The notes below the pieces were generated by a model that was given only the letters and a program-made list of their open reading frames with translations, did no database searches and was not told the DNA's origin. A DNA stretch of 63,889 bases, the filler included, from Octopus bimaculoides (taxonomy: Eukaryota), in NCBI RefSeq assembly GCF_001194135.2. It is 5 parts of 3 records of this genome, joined end to end, with 100 filler letters (N's around TTAATTAATTAA, not from the genome) between each part and the next. Parts side by side here need not be neighbours in the genome. Positions count along the whole stretch, not along the records: positions 43,110 to 62,148 come from NC_068981.1; positions 62,249 to 63,889 come from NC_068986.1; 3 more parts are not named here. One strand, given 5' to 3'. Positions 52,923 to 63,889 of the stretch are shown one piece after another (the stretch's first letter is position 1; each line of letters starts with the position of its first letter). The position numbers and the translations under genes were made by a program.

Positions 52923-53100
52923 TCAAAAAATACCTTAGGAATGAGAACCCAGGTTCAAAATTTCCCCAAGACACCTAATGAAGGCTGGAGGATATATCAG
53001 CCGAAACGTTGTGTTAAGAACAAACAAGATGAGGACAAATATCCGTCAATTGTAAATAATTTAAATAATGTACATAATTCCTCATCTCTTAAACATAGAA
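52490..53100. mobile_element. tRNA-headed, hammerhead-bearing element, head-to-head inverted pair (copy C)
   Basis: A box tggcttagtgg at 52761-52771 (+) and reverse head with B box gttcgattc within 52792-52857; hammerhead motifs at 52551-52596 (-) and 52970-53015 (+). Confidence 0.82.
52551..52596 (-). ncRNA. Minimal type-I hammerhead ribozyme, core intact
   Basis: gacac-CUGAUGA-a-ggcug(gaggguauau)caacc-GAAAC-GUU-guguu; stem I acac/gugu; AACGUU palindrome. Confidence 0.65.
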
Positions 53101-53276
53101 CGCCGTTGAAGTTTTGAATTTCTGAATTCAGTTGTGTTGTTGCAATAAAAGGTGTGTTTACGTATTTGGGTAATATATTAAAGTTTTAAAGTTTTCTTGA
53201 GATGTTATTCAGATGTTGAATTGTTATTCAGATGTTTAATTGTTGTTATTCAGCGCAGAGCTGAATATTATTATTA

Positions 53277-54150
53277 AGACGTCGTACAATATCCAATATT
53301 ATGATGCTGTTGATCGAGATATTGTGTCTACTGGGAGTTTGTACTGTTTGTCAAGTCACAAGGACCTCAGGCAGTCATTACTTTACGCAATATGCGTGCA
53401 GTTCCAAGTAATGTCGACTTTTGCAATACCCTTAGATTGTAGAGTATTTCTAAAGTTTCCAGATTTTTTTTTTCAAATTGGGTGGTATTGAACCCAATGC
53501 TCCGATGACAATAGACAAACTTTATGTTTGACTCTCGTAGTTGCCACATCTTGGCGGTCTCAATTCTCAGGTCTCCATATTTATCAGTCTTTTCCTTTCA
53601 TGATAATATGTTGATCTCCTGGCACTACCACGTCAATTATAAGGCACCCTTGTTTGTCCCTCCTAAATTTATTATATGTGGCCTTCGATGCTCTAACACT
53701 TTGTCTGTCTGGAAGTTTAAGTCCCAGAAGATTTTTGCCTTCCTTTTTTTCGTCCATTGCCTTTTCTAGTGTATGTTGGTACCAAGTACCCGTTATCTCG
53801 TATTTCCGGCATAATAGCCAGTGAAGGTCTTGAACTACCTTGTTGTAACTGCGCTTGTACTCTTTTTGTGCAAGACTTTCACAAGCACTAACAATGTGAG
53901 TCACGCTTTCGACCCTCTTCCTTCACATTCTGCAGAGGTTCGTTACACTCGTGTGATATATATCCTTTTTCCCTGAGTTGGTATTCAATGCCTGGTCCTG
54001 GGCAGTGATGATTAGGCTTTCATCCTTCCTTTTACGGTCACCCTTGCCGAGCCACTTCCATGATGCTTCCTAATCTTTTATTTGTTAGTTTCACGGTGGG
54101 ACCGACCGTATAATTCCATGTGGAGTAGGGTTTCTTCTTTCTCGTTGGGC
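53277..54150 (-). mobile_element. R4/Dong-like LINE 3' fragment (CCHC + REL)
   Basis: THIVSACESLAQKEYK, CLIIDVVVPGD and LQKSTLLGTARILRKV; the 3' end is followed by aataat. Confidence 0.85.
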
Positions 54151-54808
54151 ATTCGTTATCGGAATTCTTAAGCACTCTCAAGTTCATTTTAGGTAAATCA
54201 TTCTGAAGCTATGTATCAGACATAATTCATTTCCAGTTGTCTTTTAGTACTATATACATTCGAATAAATGGCAGCTTAAATCTGAGAGCAGAATAAAGCA
54301 GGAAATTTGGCATATCATTTTATTTTAATATCGTAAATTCCATAACCTTTATAATCTTTACACATGTTTCATTATTCTATGTAGTAATCGTTTGGTGGAC
54401 TTCTGCATAATCATTTAAAAACACTATATCTTCTGAAGCAAATAGTACTAAGCACTGATTACCAACAAAGGTTGGTAAATGATAATGAATTGAAATTCTG
54501 TTTACTTCTGAAGACCTGACGATTCAAGGTGATTACGCAATCGTTTACGTAGCAATTACCGCGCAACATATTTGCATTCGTCATTGAAATGGACTTTAAA
54601 AATTGTGTAATTTATATTACAATAAAAACAAACCGAATATATTGTTTTATTCTGCACTTGCAAATATATGTGTGTGTACGTGTGTGTGTGCGTGTGTGTG
54701 TGCGTGTGTGTGTGTGTGTGTATGAAAATATCTATATTTGTGTATGTATGTATGCATGTATTATGTGTGCGTGTATAGATAGATATGTATATAATACATA
54801 TCTATCTA

Positions 54809-54866
<58 letters not shown>

Positions 54867-54975
54867 TTTATATGTATGATATGTGTTTGTGTGCATCGCT
54901 CCATAAATCAGAGGCTGTTATAACAACCAGCCACGTTCTATACCATGAATCTCTGTTTCCCTCCTTTCATCTCCT

Positions 54976-55007
<32 letters not shown>

Positions 55008-55031
55008 TTCTTTCTTTCTCTTTCGCTCTTT

Positions 55032-55070
<39 letters not shown>

Positions 55071-55360
55071 ACACACGCACGCGCGCATTCGCATGAAGGG
55101 TCCTTTCATCCGAGTGTCAATTTACGTAGCTGATAATTATTCTAAGCATGGCGTTTGCTTGAGTTGGTGAAATCCCTAAATCAAGCATAGCTGGGTGATG
55201 ATTCACTGGAAAATATATAACTCTCCATTGGTGTTGTTTGAATAAAATTGATAGAAGTTTATTGTGGTGGCGGTGTGTGAGACCGCATATGTGTTTACTC
55301 GTACATTGTACTGCGCGAGTATGTCCTCATACATACGTTGTTTGTGTATGTTTATGTGTG

Positions 55361-55428
<68 letters not shown>

Positions 55429-55680
55429 TATATATATATGCATATGAAAAGAATATTATGCAAGTCTTCGTCAATATGCTAATACGTTTGTCAGTGTATG
55501 CGCGCGCGTGTAAAGTTTTAAGTTACACATCTAATGATATATTATGAATGCGTATATGCGTATCCATGCATTTTTGTATGTATGTATGTATATATGTATC
55601 TGTGTAGGCATGCATGTATGCATGTGTGTATGTAAATATTTGTTCGTTTTCTTCGTAATGTACATGTATATGTCCAGGAA

Positions 55681-55721
<41 letters not shown>

Positions 55722-55843
55722 AAGACAGTACTTCAGCATCTGCATATAAATGCAAGACTACTTAATGTGCTTGTGTACATATTAGTGAACCTTTCTCTGC
55801 ATATATGTATGTATATATATATGTGTGCGCGCGCACGAGTATG

Positions 55844-55884
<41 letters not shown>

Positions 55885-55921
55885 NNNNNNNNNNNNNNNN
55901 CGTGTACGTGTATATGTGTGA

Positions 55922-55969
<48 letters not shown>

Positions 55970-56126
55970 TCTGTGAGGGTGTTTGCTAGTACGCACTTGC
56001 TTTATCTGTACAAATGAGAAAGCGAACAATTCGATGTAAACAAAGGAAAGAGAGAAAAGAGGGAGAACGTGAATGTGTCAGACAAAAGAATGATGTGAAA
56101 TATCAGATTTTGGAAGAGAGCGAGAG

Positions 56127-56203
<77 letters not shown>

Positions 56204-57132
56204 CATTGATAGATAGACAGTCAGACAGACAGACAGATACACACTCACACACAGAGAAAGAGAAAACGAGAGAGGCTACTAGTATGTGAACTTCTGTTTG
56301 ATAAAAATAATTTTAAAATATACTGAAACAATTTGGTAGGGATGGTAATGATGATGATGATGATGATGATGATGATGTTGGTAATGGCATCCTATGGTTA
56401 TCGACGAAGAACATCACGATCAGCCAATGGGCAGCAGCTCTGAAAACACAAAAATGGAAGACAGAACCAATGAAAGATCCTCTACGTGATAGCTCTAACT
56501 GCTAGGAATAGAAGTCAAATTCATTCAACTCATAGCTCCTTAGTGGGCAATACAGTCCGAGACATTACTATGGGAAACAATGGGATGACCACAACTAGAA
56601 TATCAAAAACGTATTTGGTGACATGTCTGTCGATAGAAAATGATGACACAAAATATTCATAAAGCAATATACATCTATCGATTACATTTGTTGCATTGAT
56701 CTGAGCAGTCTCCTAACTCAAGAATTAGAATCCATTCCTTGTAACCCATGATCGAGAATTTGAGGTCTCGCGTGCAACCTTCGTCGTCTTCTGTCCAAAA
56801 TGGGTTTGAACACTATATTTATACGCTATTGTTTATAGCATTGTAAAGGCGGCGAGCTGGCAGAAACGTTAGCACACCGGAAATGCTTAGCGGTATTTCG
56901 TCTGTCGCTACGTTCCGAATTCAAATTCCGTCGACTTTGCTTTTCATCCTTTCAGGGTCGATGAAACAAGTACCACTCATGTGCTGGGGTCGATGTAATT
57001 GATAAGCTCCCTTCCCCAAATTTCAGGCCTTGCACTTATAGTAGAAAATATTATTATTTGTAGCTTTATCTGTATCGAGTTTCACATTTTTGACAAATAA
57101 TTAATGCAACACAAATGTGTGAGTGTGTATAC

Positions 57133-57289
57133 AGGTGCGGCAAGATGCTTGTTTTCTAACTACGTGGTTACGGGTTCTGTTCCACGACGTGGCACATTAG
57201 GCATGTGTCTTTTACTATAAACTTGGGCCGACAAAGCCTTGTGAGTGAATTTTGCAGACGGAAACTGAAAGAAGCCTGTCATATATATA

Positions 57290-57340
<51 letters not shown>

Positions 57341-57552
57341 ATATTGTCGTTGTTTGTCCTCCTACCACCGCTTGACAACCAGTAGTGATCTGTTTACATC
57401 CCTGTAACTTAGCAGTTCGACAAAAGAGATTGATAGAATAAGTACCAGGCTTTAAAAAGACTACTAGAGTCGATACATTCGACTACAAATTCTTTAAGTT
57501 GGTACCCCAGCATGGCCGCAGTCTAATGACTGAAACAAGCAAAAGAAAAAAA
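57133..57552 (+). mobile_element. SINE family A, full-length copy
   Basis: Colinear with the reverse complement of 3624-4022. Confidence 0.85.
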
Positions 57553-57599
57553 GAGTATACATACATACATACATACATACATACATACATACATACATA

Positions 57600-58143
57600 G
57601 CTCTGATGTAATGATTTGGGATAGAGAAGAGAGACTGTGTACAGTTGTGGAAACCAACTGCCCAGGAGATGTTAGCATAATGCTGAAGATCAGTGTAAAA
57701 AGAGAGTATCTACTTGGAACTATTGAGAAATCTGCAGTTACTCTACCCAGATTACAAATTCAGGCTTATTCCTATAATTACTGGGGCACTAGGATATGTA
57801 ACACATTGCCTAAACACCAGTCTTGAGAAATTAGGCTTCTCCAAACCGGAAAGGACAAAGCTGATTCGAAGACTACAGATCCAATCCATCACTGGAACTA
57901 TAAAATCTGTAAAACTTTCCAGAATTTCATCGTTTAAGTATATATGAGCATGTCTAGATATGAAAGTTTATGCATGAGAAGACATACATAAACAAAACAT
58001 ACAAATCTGCACGTATACGTGCGTACGTACATACATACATACATACATACATACCCTGTTGATGTAAAAATTCCAATCAAGGTGCCTTAGAAACTGGCTC
58101 TTTCTCTATTGGCAAGAAATCTTGAAATAAAACTGAATAATGA
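57600..58143 (+). mobile_element. REL-endonuclease non-LTR retrotransposon 3' fragment (R2 group)
   Basis: PD-(D/E)xK-type region: (P)DVMIWDREERLCTVVE..CP.D and LQLLYPDYKFRLIPIITGALG. The 5' junction sits in (CATA)n and (CATA)n recurs in the 3' UTR. Confidence 0.75.
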
Positions 58144-58169
58144 CATATATACGAATGTATGTATGTATG

Positions 58170-58440
58170 TATGTATGTATGTTTCTCTTTGAGCTTTATT
58201 GAAGCTTTTTCTCGACAGAGTAAAATTAAGAGAGTTCCCGGTGTTTTTGAATAAGTAGCTGAGCTTGTGTGTCGGTTGAGCTGTCGATGTAGATACCCAA
58301 ATGTTTGTACCTATTCACCTGATGAATCTAAGATGGAGGATCTTTGGAATGTGATACAAATCATCGCTGTGCCACTAATAGATTGGATTTGGAGAATCCG
58401 CGCCAGTTTCTTTTGCGCTTTCTTCGAAAAACTTAGTATA
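58170..58440 (-). mobile_element. Decayed LINE RT fragment; related copy on + strand at about 48220-48300
   Basis: YKHLGIYIDSS motif; the tract tacatcgacagctcaacc...aaacaccggga is shared by both sites. Confidence 0.45.
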
Positions 58441-58583
58441 TCTCCGTTTTTTGTGCAAATATGTATGTTTGTATGCATGTATGTTTGTATACATTTATGT
58501 ATTTATGTATGTATGCATGTATATATGCTTGTATGTATGTATGTATGTATGTATGTATGTATGTATGCTTGTATGTATGTTTG

Positions 58584-58615
<32 letters not shown>

Positions 58616-59279
58616 CATGTATGAATGCATGTATGAATGCATGTATGAATGCATGCATGTATTTATGTATGTATGTTTGTATGTATGTCTGTATGGATAC
58701 TTATCCTCACTTTTATACTGAACTCAACACCATTGGTCAGTTGTTTTGGCAACAATTCATTAGAAACTTTGGTTTCCTATTTAGATATCGTGACAAGACT
58801 GTTATAAGCTTTCCCAAGACCCAGCAAATAGCGTATGATATAATTAAATGGAAAAGCTGTTAGCGAAATAGATTCAGTTTACATTGACGATACTAATTTA
58901 TCAAATTCAAATCCTTCTGTATTTTGTTTTAAATCGTGCTATTTATTAAATATATTAATTTTCTATTTGAATCTTCATAATTACGGGTATTAATCCCTAA
59001 TTGATATTCCTAATTGAGTTTAGAGTAAGAAGAAAAGAGGGTTGATTACGAACGCGACGATCTTAAAAGTATCAGCAACCAAAGCGAAATGGAAAGTTAA
59101 TATGTACTGAAGTATAAAAGAACGCTTATGGCTTATTGGCATATTGCATAAATTTAAATTTAATTTAAAGGGTATAAAAACAGCCTGAAAAAAAAACTAA
59201 ACAAATAAGTGCGATTGTATCCGACTTTCACCTCTCACAGAATTCCACACTTGGCCTCATGATCTCCCAGAAATACCCG

Positions 59280-59365
<86 letters not shown>

Positions 59366-59715
59366 GCAGGCTCCGGTGATCTCTCCATGCGTCTGACACT
59401 GGGACACTTCATCTGTAATTACGTTATTTATTTGGGGATTTGCTCAGTCATTGGCATCACTGGAGACGTGACCAACCGCTTCTTTGGCAACACAGTGGGA
59501 TAAACTACTCAAGCCACACCTAATATATGTATGTATGTATGTATGCATGCATATATGTATGTATGTATTTATGTCATATCTTAGTGTTTCCGTAGCTTCA
59601 GTTCCTAGATATGTCATCGTACAAAACAATTCATCTTACGTCGTTCCAGTCTACTCCTCTGCAATGAATACCAGACGGGTGCCGGAACAGCACTATAACA
59701 TTATGAATGTTCCGC

Positions 59716-59963
59716 AAGGCGGCGAGCTGGCAGAAACGTTAGCACGCCGGGCGAAATGCTTAGCGGTATTTTGCCTGCCTTTACGTTTTGAGTTCAAAAT
59801 CCACCGAGGTCGACTCTGCCCTTTATCCTTTCGGGGTCGATAAATTAAGTACCAGTACACATACTGGAGTCGAATTAATCAGTACACATACTGGAGTCGA
59901 ATTAATCGAATGGACCCCTCCCCCCAAATTTTTCGGGCCTTGTGCCTAGAGTAGAAAAGATTC
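59716..59963 (+). mobile_element. SINE family B with 11-bp target-site duplication
   Basis: TSD tgaatgttccg at 59704-59714 and 59964-59974; internal tandem duplication of about 30 bp near 59850-59910. Confidence 0.88.
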
Positions 59964-60659
59964 TGAATGTTCCGTACGATGAGGATAGTGGGACGCCGAG
60001 ATAATGCTTATATTCGCTCACGATTATACAGGCATCTAAAACAATTAGCAAAAGTATACCAGGCATAGTCTCTCGTGTGTGATAGCTGGCTGTACTATAG
60101 TTAACAAAAAGTCATCGAATGACAGCCTTAATTAAAGCGTCTTTACATGTTGTTGCTTTCGTTATTTAACCCCAGCTCAATTCTGATCCTAGGACATTCC
60201 AGACGTAAACATCCTGGCTTCTTAAAAGTACTTGTAACTGCATTAACTAATGTATTTTTTTGCATTGGTTTTAAAGGTAGCGGAACAATGGTTCTATGGA
60301 AATTTGGCTGTTATTTCTAGCGACGTCATAGACGGCTCTTACTTGTCTCTAACAATAATGTATTTTACACAACTAGTAAACCTTTCATACCGAAAAGAAA
60401 ATTGTGATACTGTGATATTATATATTGAAACCTACTTACTTAAGATCTCGTTTTTCGTATACCTCATATTTCTATGGCATTTCGCTTTTCTTACGCACAT
60501 ATTTCTCCTAGAGTTTTTTTTCAATAAATTTAGCAGGAATTTCAAGTAAGTAATGTATGATATTTATCGTACATGTAAAATTAATTATTATATAAAAGAA
60601 ACAAATTAAACTTGCTCAGTACGTTTCATTAAATATAAAATAATTTTTATTTTTCTTAC

Positions 60660-60729
60660 AATCTATATAGCATATTATACATCTATGTATGTGCATGTAT
60701 GTATGTGCATACATACATACATATATATA

Positions 60730-60782
<53 letters not shown>

Positions 60783-61863
60783 AATGTTTGTATTATATAT
60801 ACACACACATACATATATATATATATATACACATTTGTTATAATTTATTGTTTTTTCTATATACACACACATACACGCACATACGTACATAACCACACAC
60901 ACGAAAAAACTCACGTACCCGTATACACACATGAATGCACATCTACCTCCTACACACCACACACATACGACACACATACATGCACATATACACACGCACA
61001 CATACTTCCACACGCATACACACACATATACATATACATACGCATACATACACATACATATACACACTAGCACATGTACGCACATATACCTCCAGCACAC
61101 ACAATACACATACAGACACGTACACAATTACACATACATGGGCAAAAACACACAGGCACATACACGCACACACGCACGTAAACGAATGCACGCACATACT
61201 TACAGGTACGCACATATACGCCTACACAAACCCACACACAATCCCCACACAACTTACGCACACACACACATACACAAATTCCCATACACACAAATTCCCA
61301 TACACACACACATATACATACAAACAATATATACATACACACAATATATACATACACGTACACACATACACATACGCATACACATATAGACACATACACA
61401 CACACACGCACGCACACGCACGCACACGCACGCACACGCACGCATACACATATAGACACATACACACACACACGCACGCACACGAACGCACACACGCACA
61501 CATACCTAACACTCATAAACACACGCATGCACGTATACACACCCGCATACGCACACACATGCACATGCACGCATACACGCACACACAACTACACGCACAT
61601 ACATATACACACATACACACACACGCACATACACACTCATGTACATACGCACATACACTCACATTCACACACATATATACCCACGCACACATATACACGC
61701 ACACACAGATGAACCCACACATACCTCCCATATACACGCAGCACACACTCATACATACACGCACACGATCATACATACATGTACACACACGCACATACAA
61801 GCACACACACACACACATACACGTGCTATCATTACACATACACACGCACATACACGTGCTATC

Positions 61864-61897
<34 letters not shown>
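60660..61897 (+). repeat. Long cryptically simple (TA/CA/CG) tract
   Basis: About 1.2 kb of degenerate dinucleotide repeats; it generates the His/Thr and Cys/Val-rich ORFs. A TA-rich equivalent lies at 34108-34664. Confidence 0.9.
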
Positions 61898-61899
<2 letters not shown>

Positions 61900-62148
61900 C
61901 CTCCTTCTTTTGCACTCTCCTGTATTTGAAAAGAACTTTTTCTCCACCCTTTCCCTTCTGGTCATTTCAATATGTGACCGCGTGTGCATCGTTGGCGATT
62001 TTCTTTCTCCGTCTTCCCTTCTTTGAACTTTTTGTATATTTCTGATGAAGAGCTCCGCGCGAAACGTGGAATGCTCTTTCTTTTCTTTCCTTTCCTGAGC
62101 GTCCAATAACACTGTACTTTTTCTTGCTTGTTCATGTTTGGATTGACT
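61900..62148 (+). mobile_element. pLTR-like segment with degenerate minimal hammerhead (62037-62073)
   Basis: tattt-CTGATGA-a-gagc tcc gcgc-GAAAC-GTG-gaatg. Confidence 0.5.
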
Positions 62149-62481
62149 NNNNNNNNNNNNNNNNNNNNNNNNNNNNNNNNNNNNNNNNNNNNTTAATTAA
62201 TTAANNNNNNNNNNNNNNNNNNNNNNNNNNNNNNNNNNNNNNNNNNNNGGCACATAAAAGACACCATTTTGAGCGTGGCCGTTGCCAGTATCGCCTGACT
62301 GGCCTTCGTGCGGGTGACACGTAAAAGCACCTACTACACTCTCTGAGTGGTTGGCGTTAGGAAGGGCATCCAGCTGTAGAAACTCTGCCAAATCAGATTG
62401 GAGCCTGGTGCTGCCATCCGGTTTCACCAGTCCTCAGTCAAATCGTCCAACCCATGCTAGCATGGAAAGCGGACGTTAAAC

Positions 62482-62512
<31 letters not shown>

Positions 62513-62734
62513 AACAGCAGCAGCAGTAGTAGTAAGGCAGTGAGGTGGCTGAAGTTTTAGCATGCTGGAGAAAATGCTTAGCAGCTTTTTATCTGTCTTT
62601 ACATTCTGAGTTCAAATCCCGCCAAGTCAACTTTGCCTTTCATCCTTTCAGTACTAGTCAAGTGCAGAGGTTGATGTAATCAACTCACCTCAACACCCAA
62701 GTTTCAAGCCTTTTGACAATAGCAGAAACGATTA

Positions 62735-63324
62735 TTACCTCTGCCTTAGCGAAGGCAGAGGTATTGTTTTCAGTCATGTTTGTTTGTTTGTCTGTGGACA
62801 TGATATCTCAAGAACTGCTGGATGGGTTCGGATGAAACTTTCAGGAATGTTTGGCCTCGTGACTGGCATGAACTGATTAGATTTTGGGATTGATCCGGTA
62901 CAGGACAAGGATTCTGGATTATTTGTTATATTTACTTTACATGATTACAATCTTATGTTAACTTTCAAGTCTTTCTCAATTATCTCCCTTTAGGCTGTAA
63001 CTATTTTGAATGGTGAATTTGTTACCTTGGTTTGTATTATATAAGGATAAACTATTTATTACTGTTACTAAATTTTCTACAGCTACCTTCACATTCCATG
63101 ACTACCATTGGGATCAATCAGGTACTGGACAAGGATTCTGGATTATTTTTCCATTTTTTTAACTTAATTTTTGAGAGTGGTCAGGTTCATTTTTAGTATT
63201 CTCATTTGTAAAAGCAAATGAGTTTATTTCAGATATTCTCATTTTAAAAATCCTCTCCAGTTAATCACTGAGAGGACGTTGGTGTTGCCTTGGTGGAGGT
63301 TTGTGCTCACTGAGTGCCCTTGTT
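62735..63324 (+). mobile_element. Helentron-associated non-autonomous element (DINE/HINE type), complete
   Basis: 5' hairpin acctctgcc-ttagcgaa-ggcagaggt; (GTTT)n; internal repeated core ggtac.ggacaaggattctggattattt; 3' subterminal ccttggtggaggt followed by hairpin gtgctcactgagtgc. Confidence 0.7.
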
Positions 63325-63535
63325 ACCTCTGCCTTAGTGAAGGTGGAGGTATTGTTTTCAGTCGTGTTTGTTTGTTTGTTTGACTGTGGACAAGATATCT
63401 CAAGAACCACTGGATGGATTCGGATGAAACTTTCAGGGATGTTTGGCCACGTGACTGGCATGAACTGATTAGATTTTGGGATCGATCCAGTGTGGGACAA
63501 AGATTCTGAAATATTAAAAATATTTTCTTTACTTT
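63323..63535 (+). mobile_element. Second, truncated Helentron-type element in direct tandem
   Basis: Starts immediately after the first element and repeats about 190 bp of 62735-62925 with scattered substitutions. Confidence 0.7.
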
Positions 63536-63815
63536 ACATGTATATGTAAAGTTTCACATAGTCCTCTTGTACACGCACACACATAAACACATATGCTCAC
63601 ACATTCTCAGCGTTGAACATTACCATCCCATTTTCATTGTACACACACACTCTCACGCATGCAAACATACCTCTCTTTTACACACATACACTCAAACTTC
63701 AAACGCCATTCATCGGCTTTCTCACACCTTTCATTATTCATCTATCACACCTTCCTTTCTCATTCATATGATGCTCTCTTTGCTATTTATCTCCTCTACC
63801 TTCACCTTTCACCTT

Positions 63816-63889
<74 letters not shown>

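Noticed and set aside
58316-58360. CTGATGA followed by a purine-rich stretch
   Set aside because: No GAAA or stems; it lies within a LINE RT remnant on the opposite strand.
60675-62112. Long His/Thr-rich and Cys/Val-rich ORFs (up to 310 aa)
   Set aside because: They are translations of CA/TG microsatellite-like DNA, open in most frames, with no splice or domain signal.

Overview
Eukaryotic, AT-rich, microsatellite-saturated genomic DNA with many N gaps. The SINE and LINE complement looks like an octopus (cephalopod) draft assembly; that assignment is an inference. Four artificial 100-bp joins (44 N + TTAATTAATTAA + 44 N) split the window into five formerly separate scaffolds. The only host gene I can support is a minus-strand TBK1/IKK-epsilon-like kinase: four exons at 41964-35339, all inside one scaffold piece, with intron positions and phases matching human TBK1. 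The rest is mostly decayed transposons: R4/Dong-type REL LINEs tied to (AAT)n and (CATA)n microsatellites, CR1/L2-like LINE pieces, a GIY-YIG Penelope-like element, a gypsy remnant, maT (DD37D) Tc1/mariner remnants, Helentron-type non-autonomous elements, a SAP+SWIM DNA-transposon-like ORF and three SINE families. The main hunt result is a set of short foldback (head-to-head inverted) elements, from about six unrelated sequence families, carrying minimal type-I hammerhead ribozyme motifs (CUGANGA...GAAA with a palindromic stem III). One family has a tRNA-like Pol III head and is present as three inverted pairs. In both pairs that lie next to kinase exons, the hammerhead on the kinase-coding strand is core-mutated while the antisense one is core-intact.
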